A DNA stretch of 64,000 bases from Candidatus Latescibacterota bacterium (GTDB taxonomy: Bacteria; Latescibacterota; UBA2968), in the NCBI GenBank assembly GCA_965207885.1, contig OZ242311.1, positions 3,648,001 through 3,712,000 on the forward strand, read 5' to 3'. The notes under the pieces are model-generated. The model searched no databases. It was given only the letters and a program-made list of their open reading frames with translations, and had not been told where the DNA came from. The position numbers were made by a program, and so were the translations under genes. Below, in pieces: positions 19,673 through 31,838 of this stretch; positions within the stretch are counted from its first letter, which is position 1, and every line of letters begins with the position of its first letter.

Positions 19673-20047
19673 TTAAAAATTCAACCCGCCTTCGCGTGCT
19701 CCTTCAGCCAATGCTTTGACACGACCGTGATAGAGATAACCTGCGCGATCAAAAACGACCTGTGAGATACCAGCTTCCTGCGCTCGCACGGCCAATGCTT
19801 TCCCCACTTCACGGCTTTTATGGCATTTGCCTTCAATAGTTCGCAACTGATCTTTGAGCTGCGGAGCATTTGAGGATATACCCATTAGAGAGCGTCCATT
19901 CACATCATCAATCAATTGCGCCTGAATATGTTTTAGACTCCTGAAAATCGTCAGACGCGGGCGATCAGCCGTTCCCAAAAGCCTCTTTCTAATGCGCATT
20001 TGACGACGCCTGCGCATCCTGGTCTTTTTAATTTGCTTGTCTGCCAT
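19673..20047 (-). CDS. rplR: 50S ribosomal protein L18
   Basis: [35 protein letters not shown]. Confidence 0.97.
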   Translation of the reverse strand: MADKQIKKTRMRRRRQMRIRKRLLGTADRPRLTIFRSLKHIQAQLIDDVNGRSLMGISSNAPQLKDQLRTIEGKCHKSREVGKALAVRAQEAGISQVVFDRAGYLYHGRVKALAEGAREGGLNF

Positions 20048-20063
20048 TGAACAACCTCAAAAT

Positions 20064-20630
20064 TTAAGCTACTGCTGCCTTGCCGGCCTTGCGCCGTACG
20101 TATTCGCCGCTATATCGGATACCTTTCCCCTTATAGGGTTCGGGAGGCCGAATATTTCGGATGTTCGCCGCTGTGCGTCCCACGAGTTCTTTATCGGCTC
20201 CACTAATCTTAACCAGCGCCTGGGAATTCTCGATCTCAGAGGGAGGTGCATCGACACTAAATTCAATTCCCTGAGGGGCTTCAACCGTTACCGGGTGACT
20301 GAACCCCACGTTGATATCCAAATTTTTTCCTTTCATATCTGCGCGATATCCCACTCCAACAACGACCAGGTACTTCTCAAAACCAGCCGTTACGCCCTGA
20401 ACAGCATTTGCCAATAAAGCACGCGTGAGGCCCCAAATAGATTTGTGATGCCGGTCTTCGGGATCTTCCACGGTGACAGAAAGGGATTCACCCTCTTGCA
20501 CGACCTGTGTGAGCGGATGTAAAGGTACCTGTAAAGTCCCTTTAGGGCCTTTTATTTCCGCCTGTGTGGCCCCAATTTGCACATTGACGCCCCCTGGAAC
20601 GTCAATCGGCTGTTGACCTATTCTCGACAC
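20064..20630 (-). CDS. rplF: 50S ribosomal protein L6
   Basis: SRIG, KGPKG, GVGYRA, RPPEPYKGKGIRY; GTG start. Confidence 0.97.
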   Translation of the reverse strand: MSRIGQQPIDVPGGVNVQIGATQAEIKGPKGTLQVPLHPLTQVVQEGESLSVTVEDPEDRHHKSIWGLTRALLANAVQGVTAGFEKYLVVVGVGYRADMKGKNLDINVGFSHPVTVEAPQGIEFSVDAPPSEIENSQALVKISGADKELVGRTAANIRNIRPPEPYKGKGIRYSGEYVRRKAGKAAVA

Positions 20631-20650
20631 AATATACTCCTTCCAGACCT

Positions 20651-21046
20651 CTACCAGACGCTACAAACAACTTCGCCGCCAACACCTTCTCGACGCGCAG
20701 TCCGATCTGTCAAAATACCTTTTGATGTCGATAAAATAGCGACACCCAATCCATTGAGTATTCGAGGAATTTCGTCTTTGCCCACATATTTTCTCAGACC
20801 GGGGCGACTTTCGCGCTTCAACCCTTGAATCGCGCTTTCCTCGTCGGGACTGTATTTAAGATAAAGGCGCAAATACCCCTGTCGGTTGTCATCGATATAC
20901 GCATAATTGTGAACAAAGCCGCTTTCTTTTAAGATGCGGGCAATCTCGCGCTTCATCTTGGAACTCGGAATATCCACCTTGCGATGTCCGGCGCGACATG
21001 CATTTCGCACGCGCGTCAACATATCGGCAATCGGATCCGTCATCAT
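20651..21046 (-). CDS. rpsH: 30S ribosomal protein S8
   Basis: [30 protein letters not shown]. Confidence 0.97.
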   Translation of the reverse strand: MMTDPIADMLTRVRNACRAGHRKVDIPSSKMKREIARILKESGFVHNYAYIDDNRQGYLRLYLKYSPDEESAIQGLKRESRPGLRKYVGKDEIPRILNGLGVAILSTSKGILTDRTARREGVGGEVVCSVW

Positions 21047-21063
21047 GTGGGCTTCTCCCTCAA

Positions 21064-21249
21064 TTACCAACTGGCCTTTGTCACGCCGGGAATCTCACCA
21101 GCGAGGGCCAACTCGCGAAAACATATACGGCAAATACCAAATTTGCGCAAATAACCGCGTGGCCTACCGCATCTGTGACACCGATTATAACGGCGGACTG
21201 CAAATTTCTGTTTGCGCTTTGCTTTGGCAATCATAGATTTTTTAGCCAT
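21064..21249 (-). CDS. rpsN: 30S ribosomal protein S14, 61-aa Zn-binding type Z
   Basis: [31 protein letters not shown]. Confidence 0.97.
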   Translation of the reverse strand: MAKKSMIAKAKRKQKFAVRRYNRCHRCGRPRGYLRKFGICRICFRELALAGEIPGVTKASW

Positions 21250-21280
21250 ATTGGACCTGACCTCGTGTTAATTCTTTTAA

Positions 21281-21829
21281 TTAATCTTGATTTTGAAACG
21301 GCATGCCCATTTCGTTGAGCAGTTCAAAAGCCTCTTCATCCGTAGAGGCCGTAGTGACCAGGGTTACATCGAGGCCGCGAATTTTGTCGATTTGATCATA
21401 GTCAATCTCAGGAAAAATAATTTGTTCCTGAATACCGATCGTATAGTTGCCCCGACCATCAAATGAGCGCATTGAAAGGCCGCGAAAGTCGCGAATACGC
21501 GGCACAGAAAAATTGAAAAAACGATCGAGAAATTCGTACATACGAGACCTGCGAAGCGTGACAGCACAGCCAATGGGTACACCCTGTCGCAGCTTAAAAT
21601 TTGAAACGGCTTTTCGCGCCCTGCGAATTGAGGGCCGCTGTCCAGCAATGCGGGTCAAATCTTCAACAGCATTTTCAATGACTTTGGCATTGAGAACAGC
21701 TTCACCAACACCCATATTTAAGACAACCTTTTCCAATTTGGGCACCTGCATGCGATTTTTATACCCAAATTTTTGGATGAGCACCGATACAACTTCGTTC
21801 TCATAGTATTCTTGTAATCGCGTTACCAT
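21281..21829 (-). CDS. rplE: 50S ribosomal protein L5
   Basis: [29 protein letters not shown]; start set at MVTRLQEYY. Confidence 0.97.
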   Translation of the reverse strand: MVTRLQEYYENEVVSVLIQKFGYKNRMQVPKLEKVVLNMGVGEAVLNAKVIENAVEDLTRIAGQRPSIRRARKAVSNFKLRQGVPIGCAVTLRRSRMYEFLDRFFNFSVPRIRDFRGLSMRSFDGRGNYTIGIQEQIIFPEIDYDQIDKIRGLDVTLVTTASTDEEAFELLNEMGMPFQNQD

Positions 21830-21839
21830 GTCGTCCTCG

Positions 21840-22160
21840 TTATTCAACTTCGGGAATTTGCTCACCACTTTTTTGAGCAATCCGCACACGCGACCCATCT
21901 TCGAGGCGCTGAATGCGAATCCTTGTCCGCTCATCGGTTTGCGAATCGACGATCATGAGATTGGACACATGCAAGGGCGCTTCCTTTTCCACGATGCCGC
22001 CTTGCTGATTATTGGGATTGGGTCGCGTGTGGCGCTTGACGTTATTGATCCCTTCCACCAGCACGCGTTTTTTCCTGGGCCACACATGCAAAACGCGCCC
22101 ACGTTGACCCGTATAAACCCCGCTTATCACCTCAACTTGATCACCCTTGCGAATCCTCAT
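21840..22160 (-). CDS. rplX: 50S ribosomal protein L24
   Basis: [25 protein letters not shown]. Confidence 0.96.
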   Translation of the reverse strand: MRIRKGDQVEVISGVYTGQRGRVLHVWPRKKRVLVEGINNVKRHTRPNPNNQQGGIVEKEAPLHVSNLMIVDSQTDERTRIRIQRLEDGSRVRIAQKSGEQIPEVE

Positions 22161-22180
22161 CTCAACACACTTACCTTTCT

Positions 22181-22549
22181 TTATATCACTTCGGGCGCCA
22201 AAGATACAATGCGCATAAATCGCCTCTCGCGCAACTCGCGGGCGACGGGTCCAAATATGCGCGTCCCTCGAGGTTCGCCTTCCGCGCTGATCAAAACAGC
22301 GGCATTGTCATCAAATCGAATATAGGACCCATCTGCCCTTCGCGTCTCTTTCTTTGTACGGACGATCACGGCACGCGCAACCTCACCGCGCTTTACACCA
22401 CTGTTGGGCTGTGCATCTTTAACTGAAACCACAACAGTATCACCGAGTTTGGCATACTTGCGCTTCGTGCCTCCTAAAATGCGAAAACACATCACCTTTC
22501 GGGCACCTGTGTTATCCGCACAATTTAATACCGAATATTCCTGGACCAT
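22181..22549 (-). CDS. rplN: 50S ribosomal protein L14
   Basis: [29 protein letters not shown]. Confidence 0.98.
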   Translation of the reverse strand: MVQEYSVLNCADNTGARKVMCFRILGGTKRKYAKLGDTVVVSVKDAQPNSGVKRGEVARAVIVRTKKETRRADGSYIRFDDNAAVLISAEGEPRGTRIFGPVARELRERRFMRIVSLAPEVI

Positions 22550-22560
22550 GTTCTCTCCAC

Positions 22561-22821
22561 CTAATGCGCCTTTTTTATAATTTCTACCAACCGCCAGCGC
22601 TTGGTCTTGCTCAAAGGCCGCGTTTCCACAACCATCACCTCATCGCCGGCTCTGGCTTCATTATTCTCATCGTGCGCCGCCAATTTTGAACGTCTTTGCA
22701 TAACTTTTCCATAAAGGGGGTGTGGCACCTGTCGCCGTACCTCAACGACTATTGTTTTATTAGACTTGTCGCTGACCACCAGCCCTACACGTGTTTTGCG
22801 GTGCCTGCGAGTTTCCACCAT
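22561..22821 (-). CDS. rpsQ: 30S ribosomal protein S17
   Basis: [24 protein letters not shown]. Confidence 0.98.
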   Translation of the reverse strand: MVETRRHRKTRVGLVVSDKSNKTIVVEVRRQVPHPLYGKVMQRRSKLAAHDENNEARAGDEVMVVETRPLSKTKRWRLVEIIKKAH

Positions 22822-22841
22822 ACACCGATTCTCCTTAAAAA

Positions 22842-23054
22842 TTACGCATTGGGTAGTTCTCGAATGCCTAACTCGTGTTCGCGCAACACGGTTTTAAGCC
22901 GAGCGAGATCCTTGCAGGCATCTCGAAATGCAATTGGATTATCGAGTTGGCGCGTAGCCAACTGAATGCGGAGATTCACGAGTTCATCCTCTTGTTCAGC
23001 AATTCTTTCCCTTACATCGTTTGCTGTTAGATCTCGAATTTCACTCGGTTTCAT
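22842..23054 (-). CDS. rpmC: 50S ribosomal protein L29
   Basis: [29 protein letters not shown]. Confidence 0.95.
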   Translation of the reverse strand: MKPSEIRDLTANDVRERIAEQEDELVNLRIQLATRQLDNPIAFRDACKDLARLKTVLREHELGIRELPNA

Positions 23055-23470
23055 TCGTCGTGTCCCCCGCGTTCAACAAAACGGACTTTAATGGGCAATT
23101 TCCGACTGGCCAATCTGATTGCGCGTTGCGCGCTTTCGCGTGGCACGCCCTCAATTTCAAACAGGATCCGCCCAGGTTTGATGACTGCCACCCAGTATTC
23201 GGGATTGCCTTTGCCTTTGCCCATACGGGTCTCTGCTGGCTTAACCGTAAGGGGTTTATCTGGAAAAACGCGAATCCAAACTTTCCCACCGCGCCCCAAA
23301 GACTTGTTAATCGCCACGCGGGCAGCTTCAATCTGTCTGTTGGTAATCCATCCCGGTTCAATGGCCTGCAAACCGTATTCGCCAAAAGAAATATTGGCTC
23401 CTCGATAGGCCATACCTTTGCGACGCCCCCTCTGCTGCTTTCTCCATTTAACCCGTTTTGGCATTAACAT
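23051..23470 (-). CDS. rplP: 50S ribosomal protein L16
   Basis: [32 protein letters not shown]. Confidence 0.98.
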   Translation of the reverse strand: MLMPKRVKWRKQQRGRRKGMAYRGANISFGEYGLQAIEPGWITNRQIEAARVAINKSLGRGGKVWIRVFPDKPLTVKPAETRMGKGKGNPEYWVAVIKPGRILFEIEGVPRESAQRAIRLASRKLPIKVRFVERGGHDE

Positions 23471-23491
23471 AATAGCCGCTCCTATCCCGAC

Positions 23492-24142
23492 TTACGTTGG
23501 CAGATGGACGTCCTGACCCATTTTTTCTCCGTGACAGATCCAGACTTTTACCCCTACAGTACCCGAGGTCGTATAAGCAGTAGATCTAGCATAGTCTATA
23601 TCAGCGCGAAGCGTGTGGAGTGGAACGCGTCCTGCAGGCTCTGATTTTTCAACGCGAGACATTTCCGCCCCACCAAGGCGCCCTCCACACACGACTTTAA
23701 TCCCTTCAGCCCCCATGCGCACCGCTGATGCAACGGCTTTTTTCATTGCACGGCGAAATGAGACGCGCTGCTCGAGTTGTCGGGAGATATTATCGGCGAC
23801 GAGTTGGGCGTTGAGTTCTGGTCGCTTAATTTCATTGATGTTAATATAAATTTCTTTGCCTGTCAGGTGCTTTAATTCATCCCGCAATTTATCGACCTCT
23901 GCGCCTTTGCGTCCAATTACAATGCCAGGACGAGCGGTGTGAATCGAAATGGTCACCCGCTTAGGGGCACGTTCAATGTCTATTTGTGCAACGCTTGCCC
24001 GCTGCAGACGGCTGGTAATATATCGCCTGAGCATGAGATCTTCTTGAAGCAGGCTGGCAAAATCGCGATTGGCAAACCAGCGGGAACGCCAGTCTTTGAC
24101 AATTCCCAACCTCACTCCGATTGGATGCGTTTTCTGGCCCAA
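23492..24142 (-). CDS. rpsC: 30S ribosomal protein S3
   Basis: [32 protein letters not shown]; TTG start. Confidence 0.98.
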   Translation of the reverse strand: MGQKTHPIGVRLGIVKDWRSRWFANRDFASLLQEDLMLRRYITSRLQRASVAQIDIERAPKRVTISIHTARPGIVIGRKGAEVDKLRDELKHLTGKEIYININEIKRPELNAQLVADNISRQLEQRVSFRRAMKKAVASAVRMGAEGIKVVCGGRLGGAEMSRVEKSEPAGRVPLHTLRADIDYARSTAYTTSGTVGVKVWICHGEKMGQDVHLPT

Positions 24143-24152
24143 AGTGACTCTC

Positions 24153-24494
24153 CTATTCCTCGTCTGAAATAACCAGCGTGATGTGGCTATATCGCTTGCG
24201 AATCATGCCGGCAGCACCACGCGGCTGAGGACGCAACCGCTTTAATGCGATGCCGCCATCGACAAACGCCTCTTTCACGAAGAGCGCGTCTTCGACTGCG
24301 GATTCTTCTTCGCGGTTGACCGCATTTGCAACCGCGGATTGCAAAGTGCGCGCTACAATACGCGCGGCCTTTTTAGGTGTAAATTGCAGAATGTGGAAAG
24401 CTTCCTCCACATCTTTACCCCGCACCAGATCAACCACCTGTCGCACCTTGCGCGGTGAAATTCTTGAATAGCGCAATACCGCCCGAGCTTCCAT
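24153..24494 (-). CDS. rplV: 50S ribosomal protein L22
   Basis: [31 protein letters not shown]. Confidence 0.97.
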   Translation of the reverse strand: MEARAVLRYSRISPRKVRQVVDLVRGKDVEEAFHILQFTPKKAARIVARTLQSAVANAVNREEESAVEDALFVKEAFVDGGIALKRLRPQPRGAAGMIRKRYSHITLVISDEE

Positions 24495-24516
24495 TTAAAA
24501 TTCCCGTCTCAAAATA

Positions 24517-24807
24517 TCACTGTAAAGAAGTGGCGCGTTCAGTAGATCGCCCCGCGCGCGCTCCCCGGTGCGTACGCGTGGGAGCAAATTCACCGAGTTT
24601 GTGTCCAACCATGTTTTCTGTAATATAAACGGGGATAAATTTATTCCCATTGTGTACAGCAAGCGTATGCCCCACAAACTCTGGCGCGATTGTCGATCGT
24701 CGCGCCCACGTCTGAATAACCCGCTTATTACCAGCCTTATTCATTTGTTCAATTTTTTTTATGAGACTCGGCTCAATAAAAGGCCCTTTTTTAATTGACC
24801 GTGCCAT
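24517..24807 (-). CDS. rpsS: 30S ribosomal protein S19
   Basis: [23 protein letters not shown]. Confidence 0.98.
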   Translation of the reverse strand: MARSIKKGPFIEPSLIKKIEQMNKAGNKRVIQTWARRSTIAPEFVGHTLAVHNGNKFIPVYITENMVGHKLGEFAPTRTHRGARAGRSTERATSLQ

Positions 24808-24823
24808 AAAATAATACTCCTGA

Positions 24824-25648
24824 TTACTTGCGTCTCTGAATGATCATTTGGTCAGTTTTATTTTTCTTTTTGCGCGTTTTATATCCTTTTGTGGGTTGTC
24901 CCCAGGGCGTCACCGGATGCCTGCCGCCTGTTGCTCGACCTTCTCCACCACCGTGGGGATGATCAACAGGGTTCATAGCAACACCACGCACTTTTGGACG
25001 TTTGCCCAACCAGCGAGTCCGTCCTGCTTTTCCGACAACGACATTTTCATGCTCTAAATTGCCAACCTGCCCAATAGTCGCATAACACGATACCAGGACC
25101 AACCGGCGCTCGCCTGAAGGCAGGCGGAGAGTTGCAAAATTGCCTTCTTTGGCCATCACCTGAATCTCAGCACCTGCCGAGCGACCAATCTGTCCGCCTT
25201 TTCCGGGCTTGAGTTCAACATTGTGTACATTGCTCCCCAAAGGGATATTTGCCAGAGGGAGCGCATTACCTGGTCTGATCTCTGCATCTGCACCTGAGGC
25301 AACCTCATCTCCAACTCTTAAACCAATCGGTGCCAGAATATAGCGTTTTTCGCCATCGACATAATGCAGGAGTGCAATGCGCGCCGATCGATTTGGATCG
25401 TACTCAATGCTATGCACAATTGCAGGCACACCTACTTTATCGCGCTTGAAATCAATTCGGCGATACTGACGCCGATGTCCGCCACCGCGACGACGGCTCG
25501 TGATACGCCCTCGATTATTGCGTCCCCCAGATTTTTTATTGGGTTCAACAAGGGATTTTTCAGGCGTATCTTTTGTAATCTCTTCAAAAGAAGAAACTGT
25601 CTTAAATCGCAACGAAGGCGTTATTGGGCGAAACTTCTTAACAGGCAT
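24824..25648 (-). CDS. rplB: 50S ribosomal protein L2
   Basis: [38 protein letters not shown]. Confidence 0.98.
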   Translation of the reverse strand: MPVKKFRPITPSLRFKTVSSFEEITKDTPEKSLVEPNKKSGGRNNRGRITSRRRGGGHRRQYRRIDFKRDKVGVPAIVHSIEYDPNRSARIALLHYVDGEKRYILAPIGLRVGDEVASGADAEIRPGNALPLANIPLGSNVHNVELKPGKGGQIGRSAGAEIQVMAKEGNFATLRLPSGERRLVLVSCYATIGQVGNLEHENVVVGKAGRTRWLGKRPKVRGVAMNPVDHPHGGGEGRATGGRHPVTPWGQPTKGYKTRKKKNKTDQMIIQRRK

Positions 25649-25651
25649 GAG

Positions 25652-25939
25652 TTATCCTTCAAAAAAGTCGATAATATGTCCATCGGCAAGAGTGACAACA
25701 GCCTTTTTCCAGTTGGAACGGCGGCCTTGAAACCGGCCAAGTCGCTTGATCTTGCCGTGCATTGTGCTCGTATTGACCTTTACGACTTCGACATCGAACA
25801 TGGCTTCAACCGCACGCTGAATATCGACTTTGTTTGCACCACTGAGAACTTCAAATACATATTTATTGTGATTTTCCTGCAAATTAGAAGCCCGCTCGGT
25901 AATAACGGGACGCCGGATAATCTGCTTAGAATTCTTCAC
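25652..25939 (-). CDS. rplW: 50S ribosomal protein L23
   Basis: IIRRPVITE, ANKVDIQRAVE, WKKAVVTL; GTG start overlapping the rplD stop. Confidence 0.95.
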   Translation of the reverse strand: MKNSKQIIRRPVITERASNLQENHNKYVFEVLSGANKVDIQRAVEAMFDVEVVKVNTSTMHGKIKRLGRFQGRRSNWKKAVVTLADGHIIDFFEG

Positions 25940-26568
25940 GAGGCCCCCCACAGATCACGAATGCGAGAAACTGCACTGCGTGTGAGAACCAGGACATCTG
26001 CATTGATCACGTCATAAGTGGAAACTTGCGAAACGGGTAATACGGAAAGCCTGGGGATATTCCGACAGGATTTGACGGTATTTTCAGCGATACCATCCGT
26101 CAAAAGCAATATTTTTTGTCCCCTGATTTCAAGCATTTGTGTCATTTGTGCCATTCTCTTTGTTTTGGGCACCTCAAGCTCAAAATCTTCCAGGACAGAT
26201 ATGGATTCGCCGAGTGCTTTTTGCGAAAATGCCGAGCGTATGGCCAGTTTTTTGACCTTCTTGGGCACCCGTTCCCGAAAATGTCTCGGTCTGGGGCCAT
26301 GAGCCACCCCACCACCGATCAATATAGGCGACCCAGCTGTTCCCTTACGGGCACGACCCGTACCTTTTTGTCGGTACATCTTCCGTTTTGACCGATTGAC
26401 TTCTGAGCGGGTTTTCGTCGAGGCATTGCCTTGCCGCTGATTGGCCAAATACGCTTTAACGACATAATAGATCGCGTCAGCCGATGGTTCAATTCCAAAA
26501 ACTGTTTCGGGTAGCTCCATCGATCCGATTTCTTCACCATCAAGATTGCAAACCTCAACAGATGCCAT
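25936..26568 (-). CDS. rplD: 50S ribosomal protein L4
   Basis: RQGNASTKTRSEV, RQKGTGRAR, GGGVAHGPRPR. Confidence 0.97.
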   Translation of the reverse strand: MASVEVCNLDGEEIGSMELPETVFGIEPSADAIYYVVKAYLANQRQGNASTKTRSEVNRSKRKMYRQKGTGRARKGTAGSPILIGGGVAHGPRPRHFRERVPKKVKKLAIRSAFSQKALGESISVLEDFELEVPKTKRMAQMTQMLEIRGQKILLLTDGIAENTVKSCRNIPRLSVLPVSQVSTYDVINADVLVLTRSAVSRIRDLWGAS

Positions 26569-26585
26569 AATCGCCTTACCTCAAA

Positions 26586-27209
26586 TCAGTTGCGTTTCTC
26601 AATAACAACCGTAGCCCCTTTACCTCCAGGCACGGCACCTTTTAAGAGGAGCAAATTTTGCTCGGTATCTACACCCACGACCTTTAATCCCCGAACCGTT
26701 ACCTGCTGATCCCCCATATGACCTGCCATACGCATTCCCTTAAACACCCGCGAAGGATTCGAACTTTGGCCTATAGAACCAGGCGCGCGATGTCTATCGG
26801 ATTGTCCATGGGTTTTGGGGCCACCTCTGAATCCGTGGCGCTTGACACCACCCTGGAATCCACGACCTTTTGATCGAGCCACAACATCGACAACCTCGCC
26901 TACCTCAAACATGCTGACATTGAGTGTCTCGCCTATAGCATATTCGGAGACATCATCAACTCGAAATTCCACAAGACCTCGATGGGGATTAACACCTGCC
27001 TTCTTGAAAATTCCTTGATCCGCGCGGTTCAGCCGATTGGGCCGAATCTCATCGTACCCAACCCTCAATGCCATATACCCATCCGAATCCCAATTTTTGA
27101 TCTGCACAATGGGACACGGAACAACTTCGAGAACCGTGACAGGCGTCAACATTTCTGCGTCATCAAATGCCTGTGTCATACCGATTTTTTTTCCAATCAA
27201 TCCCAACAC
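26586..27209 (-). CDS. rplC: 50S ribosomal protein L3
   Basis: GKKIGMTQ, SKGRGFQG..KRHGF, HRAPGSIG; GTG start. Confidence 0.98.
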   Translation of the reverse strand: MLGLIGKKIGMTQAFDDAEMLTPVTVLEVVPCPIVQIKNWDSDGYMALRVGYDEIRPNRLNRADQGIFKKAGVNPHRGLVEFRVDDVSEYAIGETLNVSMFEVGEVVDVVARSKGRGFQGGVKRHGFRGGPKTHGQSDRHRAPGSIGQSSNPSRVFKGMRMAGHMGDQQVTVRGLKVVGVDTEQNLLLLKGAVPGGKGATVVIEKRN

Positions 27210-27211
27210 GA

Positions 27212-27520
27212 CTACACCTTGATTTCAATATCTATACCCGCAGGCAGGTCCAGCTTCATCAGAGCATCTACCGTTTGGGGCGTTGAGTTGTGAATGTCGA
27301 TCAACCTTTTGTGTACGCGCATCTCAAATTGCTCGCGCGATTTTTTATCGACATGTGGAGATCGCAATACCGTATAGAGCGAGCGCCTCGTCGGCAGAGG
27401 AATGGGGCCAGAAATAAGCGCCCCAGTCCGTTTTGCTGTCCGAACGATTTCTTCAGCAGAACGATCCAGCGCATTGTGGTTGTATGCTTTTAGTCTAATT
27501 CTAATTTTTTGTGCAGGCAC
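27212..27520 (-). CDS. rpsJ: 30S ribosomal protein S10
   Basis: [31 protein letters not shown]; GTG start. Confidence 0.98.
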   Translation of the reverse strand: MPAQKIRIRLKAYNHNALDRSAEEIVRTAKRTGALISGPIPLPTRRSLYTVLRSPHVDKKSREQFEMRVHKRLIDIHNSTPQTVDALMKLDLPAGIDIEIKV

Positions 27521-27540
27521 GAGCCACCCCTTCGCGGTTC

Positions 27541-28734
27541 TTATTCAACAATTTCAGTAATCACACCCGAGCCAATAGTTCGACCACCTTCCCGCACGGC
27601 AAATCGCAGTTCGGTCTCCATAGCGATTGGCGTAAGCAGTTCTACAGACATGGTCACATTATCGCCGGGCATCACCATTTCTACGCCCTCGGGCAACTCG
27701 ACTTTACCAGTCACATCCGTTGTGCGAAAATAAAACTGAGGTTGATAGCCAGTAAAGAAGGGTTTGCTGCGACCACCTTCTTTATCTGTCAGCACATAAA
27801 CTTCGCCTTTAAACTTTTTATGGGGGGTCACTGAACCTGGTTTGGCAACCACCATGCCGCGTTCAATTTCATCTTTGTCAACACCGCGAAGCAACAAACC
27901 GACATTGTCACCAGCCCTGCCCTCATCCAGCAGTTTGCGGAACATTTCCACGCCCGTAACCGTTGTATTGCGACTCTCGCGAATGCCCACAATCTCAACT
28001 TCCTCACCGACATTGACCACGCCGCGTTCAATGCGCCCAGTACCTACTGTACCGCGCCCCGTAATCGTAAATACGTCCTCAACCGGCATCAAAAAATCTT
28101 TGTCAATCTCGCGCACAGGCTCCGGAATATTTTCATCTACGGCTTCCATTAACTCCCAGATACAGGCACAATCTTCGGAATCGGGATCGTCAGACTCCAA
28201 AGCTTTGAGGGCAGAACCCTGGATCACTGGTACATCATCGCCGGGGAAATCATATTGGTCCAACAACTCGCGGACTTCCAGATCAACAAGTTCGAGCAAT
28301 TCTTCATCATCGACCATATCGACCTTATTCATAAATACCACGATAGAAGGCACATTGACCTGGCGTGAAAGCAGAATATGCTCGCGGGTCTGAATCATGG
28401 GACCATCTGCGGCACTAACGACCAGAATCGCACCATCCATCTGCGCGGCACCCGTGATCATGTTTTTCACATAGTCAGCATGTCCGGGACAATCTACGTG
28501 GGCATAGTGCCGATTTTCCGTCTGATACTCCACGTGAGCCGTATTAATGGTGATTCCACGCTCTTTTTCTTCGGGTGCTTTGTCAATGTCGTCAAAGGGC
28601 ATAAAATCGGCAAGTCCCTTGGCTGCCAGCGTCTTGGTAATAGCAGCAGTCAGCGTGGTTTTGCCGTGATCGACATGCCCGATTGTGCCGATGTTGACAT
28701 GGGGTTTGTCCCGTTCAAATTTTTCCTTCGCCAT
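27541..28734 (-). CDS. tuf: Elongation factor Tu
   Basis: [29 protein letters not shown]. Confidence 0.99.
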   Translation of the reverse strand: MAKEKFERDKPHVNIGTIGHVDHGKTTLTAAITKTLAAKGLADFMPFDDIDKAPEEKERGITINTAHVEYQTENRHYAHVDCPGHADYVKNMITGAAQMDGAILVVSAADGPMIQTREHILLSRQVNVPSIVVFMNKVDMVDDEELLELVDLEVRELLDQYDFPGDDVPVIQGSALKALESDDPDSEDCACIWELMEAVDENIPEPVREIDKDFLMPVEDVFTITGRGTVGTGRIERGVVNVGEEVEIVGIRESRNTTVTGVEMFRKLLDEGRAGDNVGLLLRGVDKDEIERGMVVAKPGSVTPHKKFKGEVYVLTDKEGGRSKPFFTGYQPQFYFRTTDVTGKVELPEGVEMVMPGDNVTMSVELLTPIAMETELRFAVREGGRTIGSGVITEIVE

Positions 28735-28779
28735 ATTTTCCTCCTAAAAAGATCGAACAAAAATAAAAAACGCGTTCGC

Positions 28780-30873
28780 TTAAGTTGCAAATACATTGAC
28801 TGAAGAGAGAATGTCTTCAGCGATGCTCTGCGGCATTTCCTCAAATTTGGAAAATTCCATTGAATAAATCGCGCGGCCCTGTGTTATAGACCGCAGCTTT
28901 GTTGCATAACCAAACATTTCACTCAGCGGCACAGTGGCCGAGATGACCTGTGCATCGGGGCGATTGACAATACCTACAATATGCCCTCGACGCGCATTCA
29001 AATCACCCATAACATCGCCCATATAGTCTTCGGGCACAACGACTTCCACATCAAAAACAGGTTCCATAAGATAAGTTTTAGCCCTTTTGGCTGCCTCTTG
29101 AAAAGCTATTGAACCAGCAATCTTGAAGGCTATTTCAGAAGAATCAACATCGTGATAGGAACCGTCAAACAGTTCGACTTTGACATCATCTATTGGATAT
29201 CCCGCCAGAACGCCACCCGTCATTGCCTCCTGAATTCCCGCACGCACAGCAGGGATATATTCAGACGGAATTGCACCACCTGTAATTTTATTCTCGAAAA
29301 CAAGTCCTGTACCGGGTTTACCAGGTTCCAGATTGATAACCACATGACCGTATTGACCCCGACCGCCACTTTGGCGGACAAAGCGCCCGTGAATATTTTG
29401 AACAGCATTGCGGAGGGCCTCTTTATAAGTGACCTGTGGTTTGCCAACATTGGCCTCAACCCTGAATTCGCGTTTGAGGCGATCCACAATAATCTCCAGG
29501 TGCAATTCACCCATCCCCGAAATAATGGTCTGTCCGGTATCTGGATCAATAGCTACGTGAAAAGTCGGATCTTCTTCAGTCAGCTTGTTCAGCGCGATAC
29601 CAAGTTGATCCTGATCAGCTTTGGTTCTCGGTTCAATTGCCACAGAAATCACGGGCTTGGCAAAATCCATTGATTCCAATATCACAGGCTCTTTTTCATC
29701 GCAAAGCGTCTCTCCTGTTGCCGTGTCTTTCAGCCCAACAACAGCAGCAATATCACCTGCGGACACCGCATTGATCTCTTCCCGCTTATTCGCGTGCATT
29801 TGCAACACACGGCCGATGCGCTCGCGTTTGCCCTTGTTGGCGTTGAGAACATAAGAACCCGTATTTAACTGACCTGAATATACGCGAAAATAAGTCAACC
29901 GCCCGACATAAGGGTCAGTCATCACCTTAAAAGCCAAAGCAGCAAAAGGCACTTCGTCGGAAACTGGACGAGAAACGCCAATGTCGAAATTTTTGAGATC
30001 GTGTCCCACAATTTCAGGCACATCGCGGGGCGAGGGTAAATATGCGACAATGGCATCTAACAAGCGCTGCACGCCTTTGTTCTTAAATGCCGACCCACAA
30101 AGCACAGGCACAGCAGCGCTGTTGATTACAGCCTGGCGCAAAGCAACTCTAATCTCGTCTTCGCTGATATCTTCGCCTTCGAGAAATTTTTCCATCAAGG
30201 TGTCGTCAAAATCGGAGACTGCTTCCAGCAATTGCTCGCGGCCTTCATAGGCGCGTTCTTCCAGATCGTTTGGAATACTATCTTCCGTAAACATGGTGCC
30301 TAAAGAATCGTCTTCGTAGGTTACGAGTTTCATCTTGATCAAGTCAATCAACCCCGTAAACATCTCACCGGACCCAACGGGCAACTGAACGGGAACAAAA
30401 TTGGACGCCAACCTTTCACGCATCATCTCTACTACGCGGTCGAAATCGGCACCCGTGCGATCCATTTTGTTGACAAATGCAATCCGGGGCACTGAATATT
30501 TGTCTGCCTGACGCCAGACAGTTTCAGTTTGGGGTTCAACACCACCAACTGCACAAAATAGCCCTACAGCACCGTCTAAAACGCGCAACGACCGCTCGAC
30601 TTCGGCGGTAAAATCAACGTGTCCTGGCGTATCGATAATATTGATGCGATGGTCATCCCAAAAACACGTTGTAGCTGCCGACGTAATGGTAATGCCACGC
30701 TCGCGCTCTTGAGCCATCCAATCCATCGTGGCTGCACCATCGTGCACCTCACCCATCCTGCGCAAAATACCCGTATAATAGAGAATGCGCTCGGTCGTCG
30801 TGGTCTTACCTGCGTCAATATGCGCCATAATCCCGATATTTCGGGTGCGCTCTAAGTCGTATTTTCTCGGCAT
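28780..30873 (-). CDS. fusA: Elongation factor G
   Basis: [37 protein letters not shown]; alternative start at 30882. Confidence 0.98.
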   Translation of the reverse strand: MPRKYDLERTRNIGIMAHIDAGKTTTTERILYYTGILRRMGEVHDGAATMDWMAQERERGITITSAATTCFWDDHRINIIDTPGHVDFTAEVERSLRVLDGAVGLFCAVGGVEPQTETVWRQADKYSVPRIAFVNKMDRTGADFDRVVEMMRERLASNFVPVQLPVGSGEMFTGLIDLIKMKLVTYEDDSLGTMFTEDSIPNDLEERAYEGREQLLEAVSDFDDTLMEKFLEGEDISEDEIRVALRQAVINSAAVPVLCGSAFKNKGVQRLLDAIVAYLPSPRDVPEIVGHDLKNFDIGVSRPVSDEVPFAALAFKVMTDPYVGRLTYFRVYSGQLNTGSYVLNANKGKRERIGRVLQMHANKREEINAVSAGDIAAVVGLKDTATGETLCDEKEPVILESMDFAKPVISVAIEPRTKADQDQLGIALNKLTEEDPTFHVAIDPDTGQTIISGMGELHLEIIVDRLKREFRVEANVGKPQVTYKEALRNAVQNIHGRFVRQSGGRGQYGHVVINLEPGKPGTGLVFENKITGGAIPSEYIPAVRAGIQEAMTGGVLAGYPIDDVKVELFDGSYHDVDSSEIAFKIAGSIAFQEAAKRAKTYLMEPVFDVEVVVPEDYMGDVMGDLNARRGHIVGIVNRPDAQVISATVPLSEMFGYATKLRSITQGRAIYSMEFSKFEEMPQSIAEDILSSVNVFAT

Positions 30874-30882
30874 CTTAGTCAC

Positions 30883-31350
30883 TTACCAGCGATAATGCGC
30901 AAATGCGCGATTGGCCTCTGCCATGCGGTGCGTTTCTTCACGTCGCTGCATGGCACGCCCTTGCCCATTTGCTGCATCCATAAATTCACCAGCCAAACGC
31001 TGAGCCATTGTCTTTTCGCCTCGTTCCCTGGCAAATAAAATCAACCAGCGAATAGACAGCGCAAGACGTTCATCGGGACGGACTTCTTCGGGCACCTGGT
31101 AAGTCGCACCACCGACGCGGCGCGATCTCACCTTGACAACTGGTTTGACATTATCAAGTGCTTTTTCAAAAATCTCTAAGCCGGTATTCCCACTGCGCTC
31201 TTCAACCAGATCAAGCGCCTCATAAAAAATTCGTTCACCCACACTCTTTTTGCCCTTGCGAAACAAGCAGTTGACAAAACGCGTCACCAACAGGCTACTG
31301 TATTTGGGATCTGGAGCCAGGTATCGTTTTTCCGCTCGCCGCTTTCGCAT
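30883..31350 (-). CDS. rpsG: 30S ribosomal protein S7
   Basis: [26 protein letters not shown]. Confidence 0.98.
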   Translation of the reverse strand: MRKRRAEKRYLAPDPKYSSLLVTRFVNCLFRKGKKSVGERIFYEALDLVEERSGNTGLEIFEKALDNVKPVVKVRSRRVGGATYQVPEEVRPDERLALSIRWLILFARERGEKTMAQRLAGEFMDAANGQGRAMQRREETHRMAEANRAFAHYRW

Positions 31351-31370
31351 ATCGAGATCTACCTCTTTTT

Positions 31371-31407
31371 AAAATAAGGGGGATACGCCACCAAGGTGGT
31401 ATCCCCC
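31371..31407 (-). promoter_or_regulatory. Strong hairpin in the rpsL-rpsG spacer (attenuator or S7-operator candidate)
   Basis: GGGGGATAcgCCACC-aa-GGTGGTATCCCCC; followed by TTATTTT on the minus strand. Confidence 0.45.
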
Positions 31408-31436
31408 ATGTTTTATCGAATAATAGGCACTTGAGA

Positions 31437-31808
31437 TTAACCCGCTTTTTTAGTGCCGTATTTGGAACGACCTTGTTTGCGGTCTTCCACGCCAGTTGTG
31501 TCGAGTACGCCCCGAAGAATGTGATACCGAACAGAAGGTAGATCCTTGACGCGACCACCCCGGATGAGTACCACAGAGTGCTCCATGAGATTGTGCCCTT
31601 CACCCGGAATATACGCTGTTACTTCAAGGCCATTGGTCAACCTGACACGCGCTACCTTGCGCAGAGCTGAATTGGGCTTTTTGGGCGTTGTAGTATAAAC
31701 GCGTGTACAAACACCGCGTTTTTGAGGACATGCTCTCAGAGCAGGTGCAGAAGAACGCTTGCGCTTGGCTTTTCGCCCTTTCCGAACCAGTTGATTAATT
31801 GTGGGCAA
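31437..31808 (-). CDS. rpsL: 30S ribosomal protein S12
   Basis: [38 protein letters not shown]; TTG start. Confidence 0.98.
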   Translation of the reverse strand: MPTINQLVRKGRKAKRKRSSAPALRACPQKRGVCTRVYTTTPKKPNSALRKVARVRLTNGLEVTAYIPGEGHNLMEHSVVLIRGGRVKDLPSVRYHILRGVLDTTGVEDRKQGRSKYGTKKAG

Positions 31809-31838
31809 ACTCAACCTCCTTAATTATGGGAGACTTGT

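Noticed and set aside
21830-21934. Long N-terminal extensions in the ORF track for rplE (also rplO, rpsH, secE and 43372-43458)
   Set aside because: They overlap upstream genes, tRNA or promoter boxes; downstream starts give canonical lengths.
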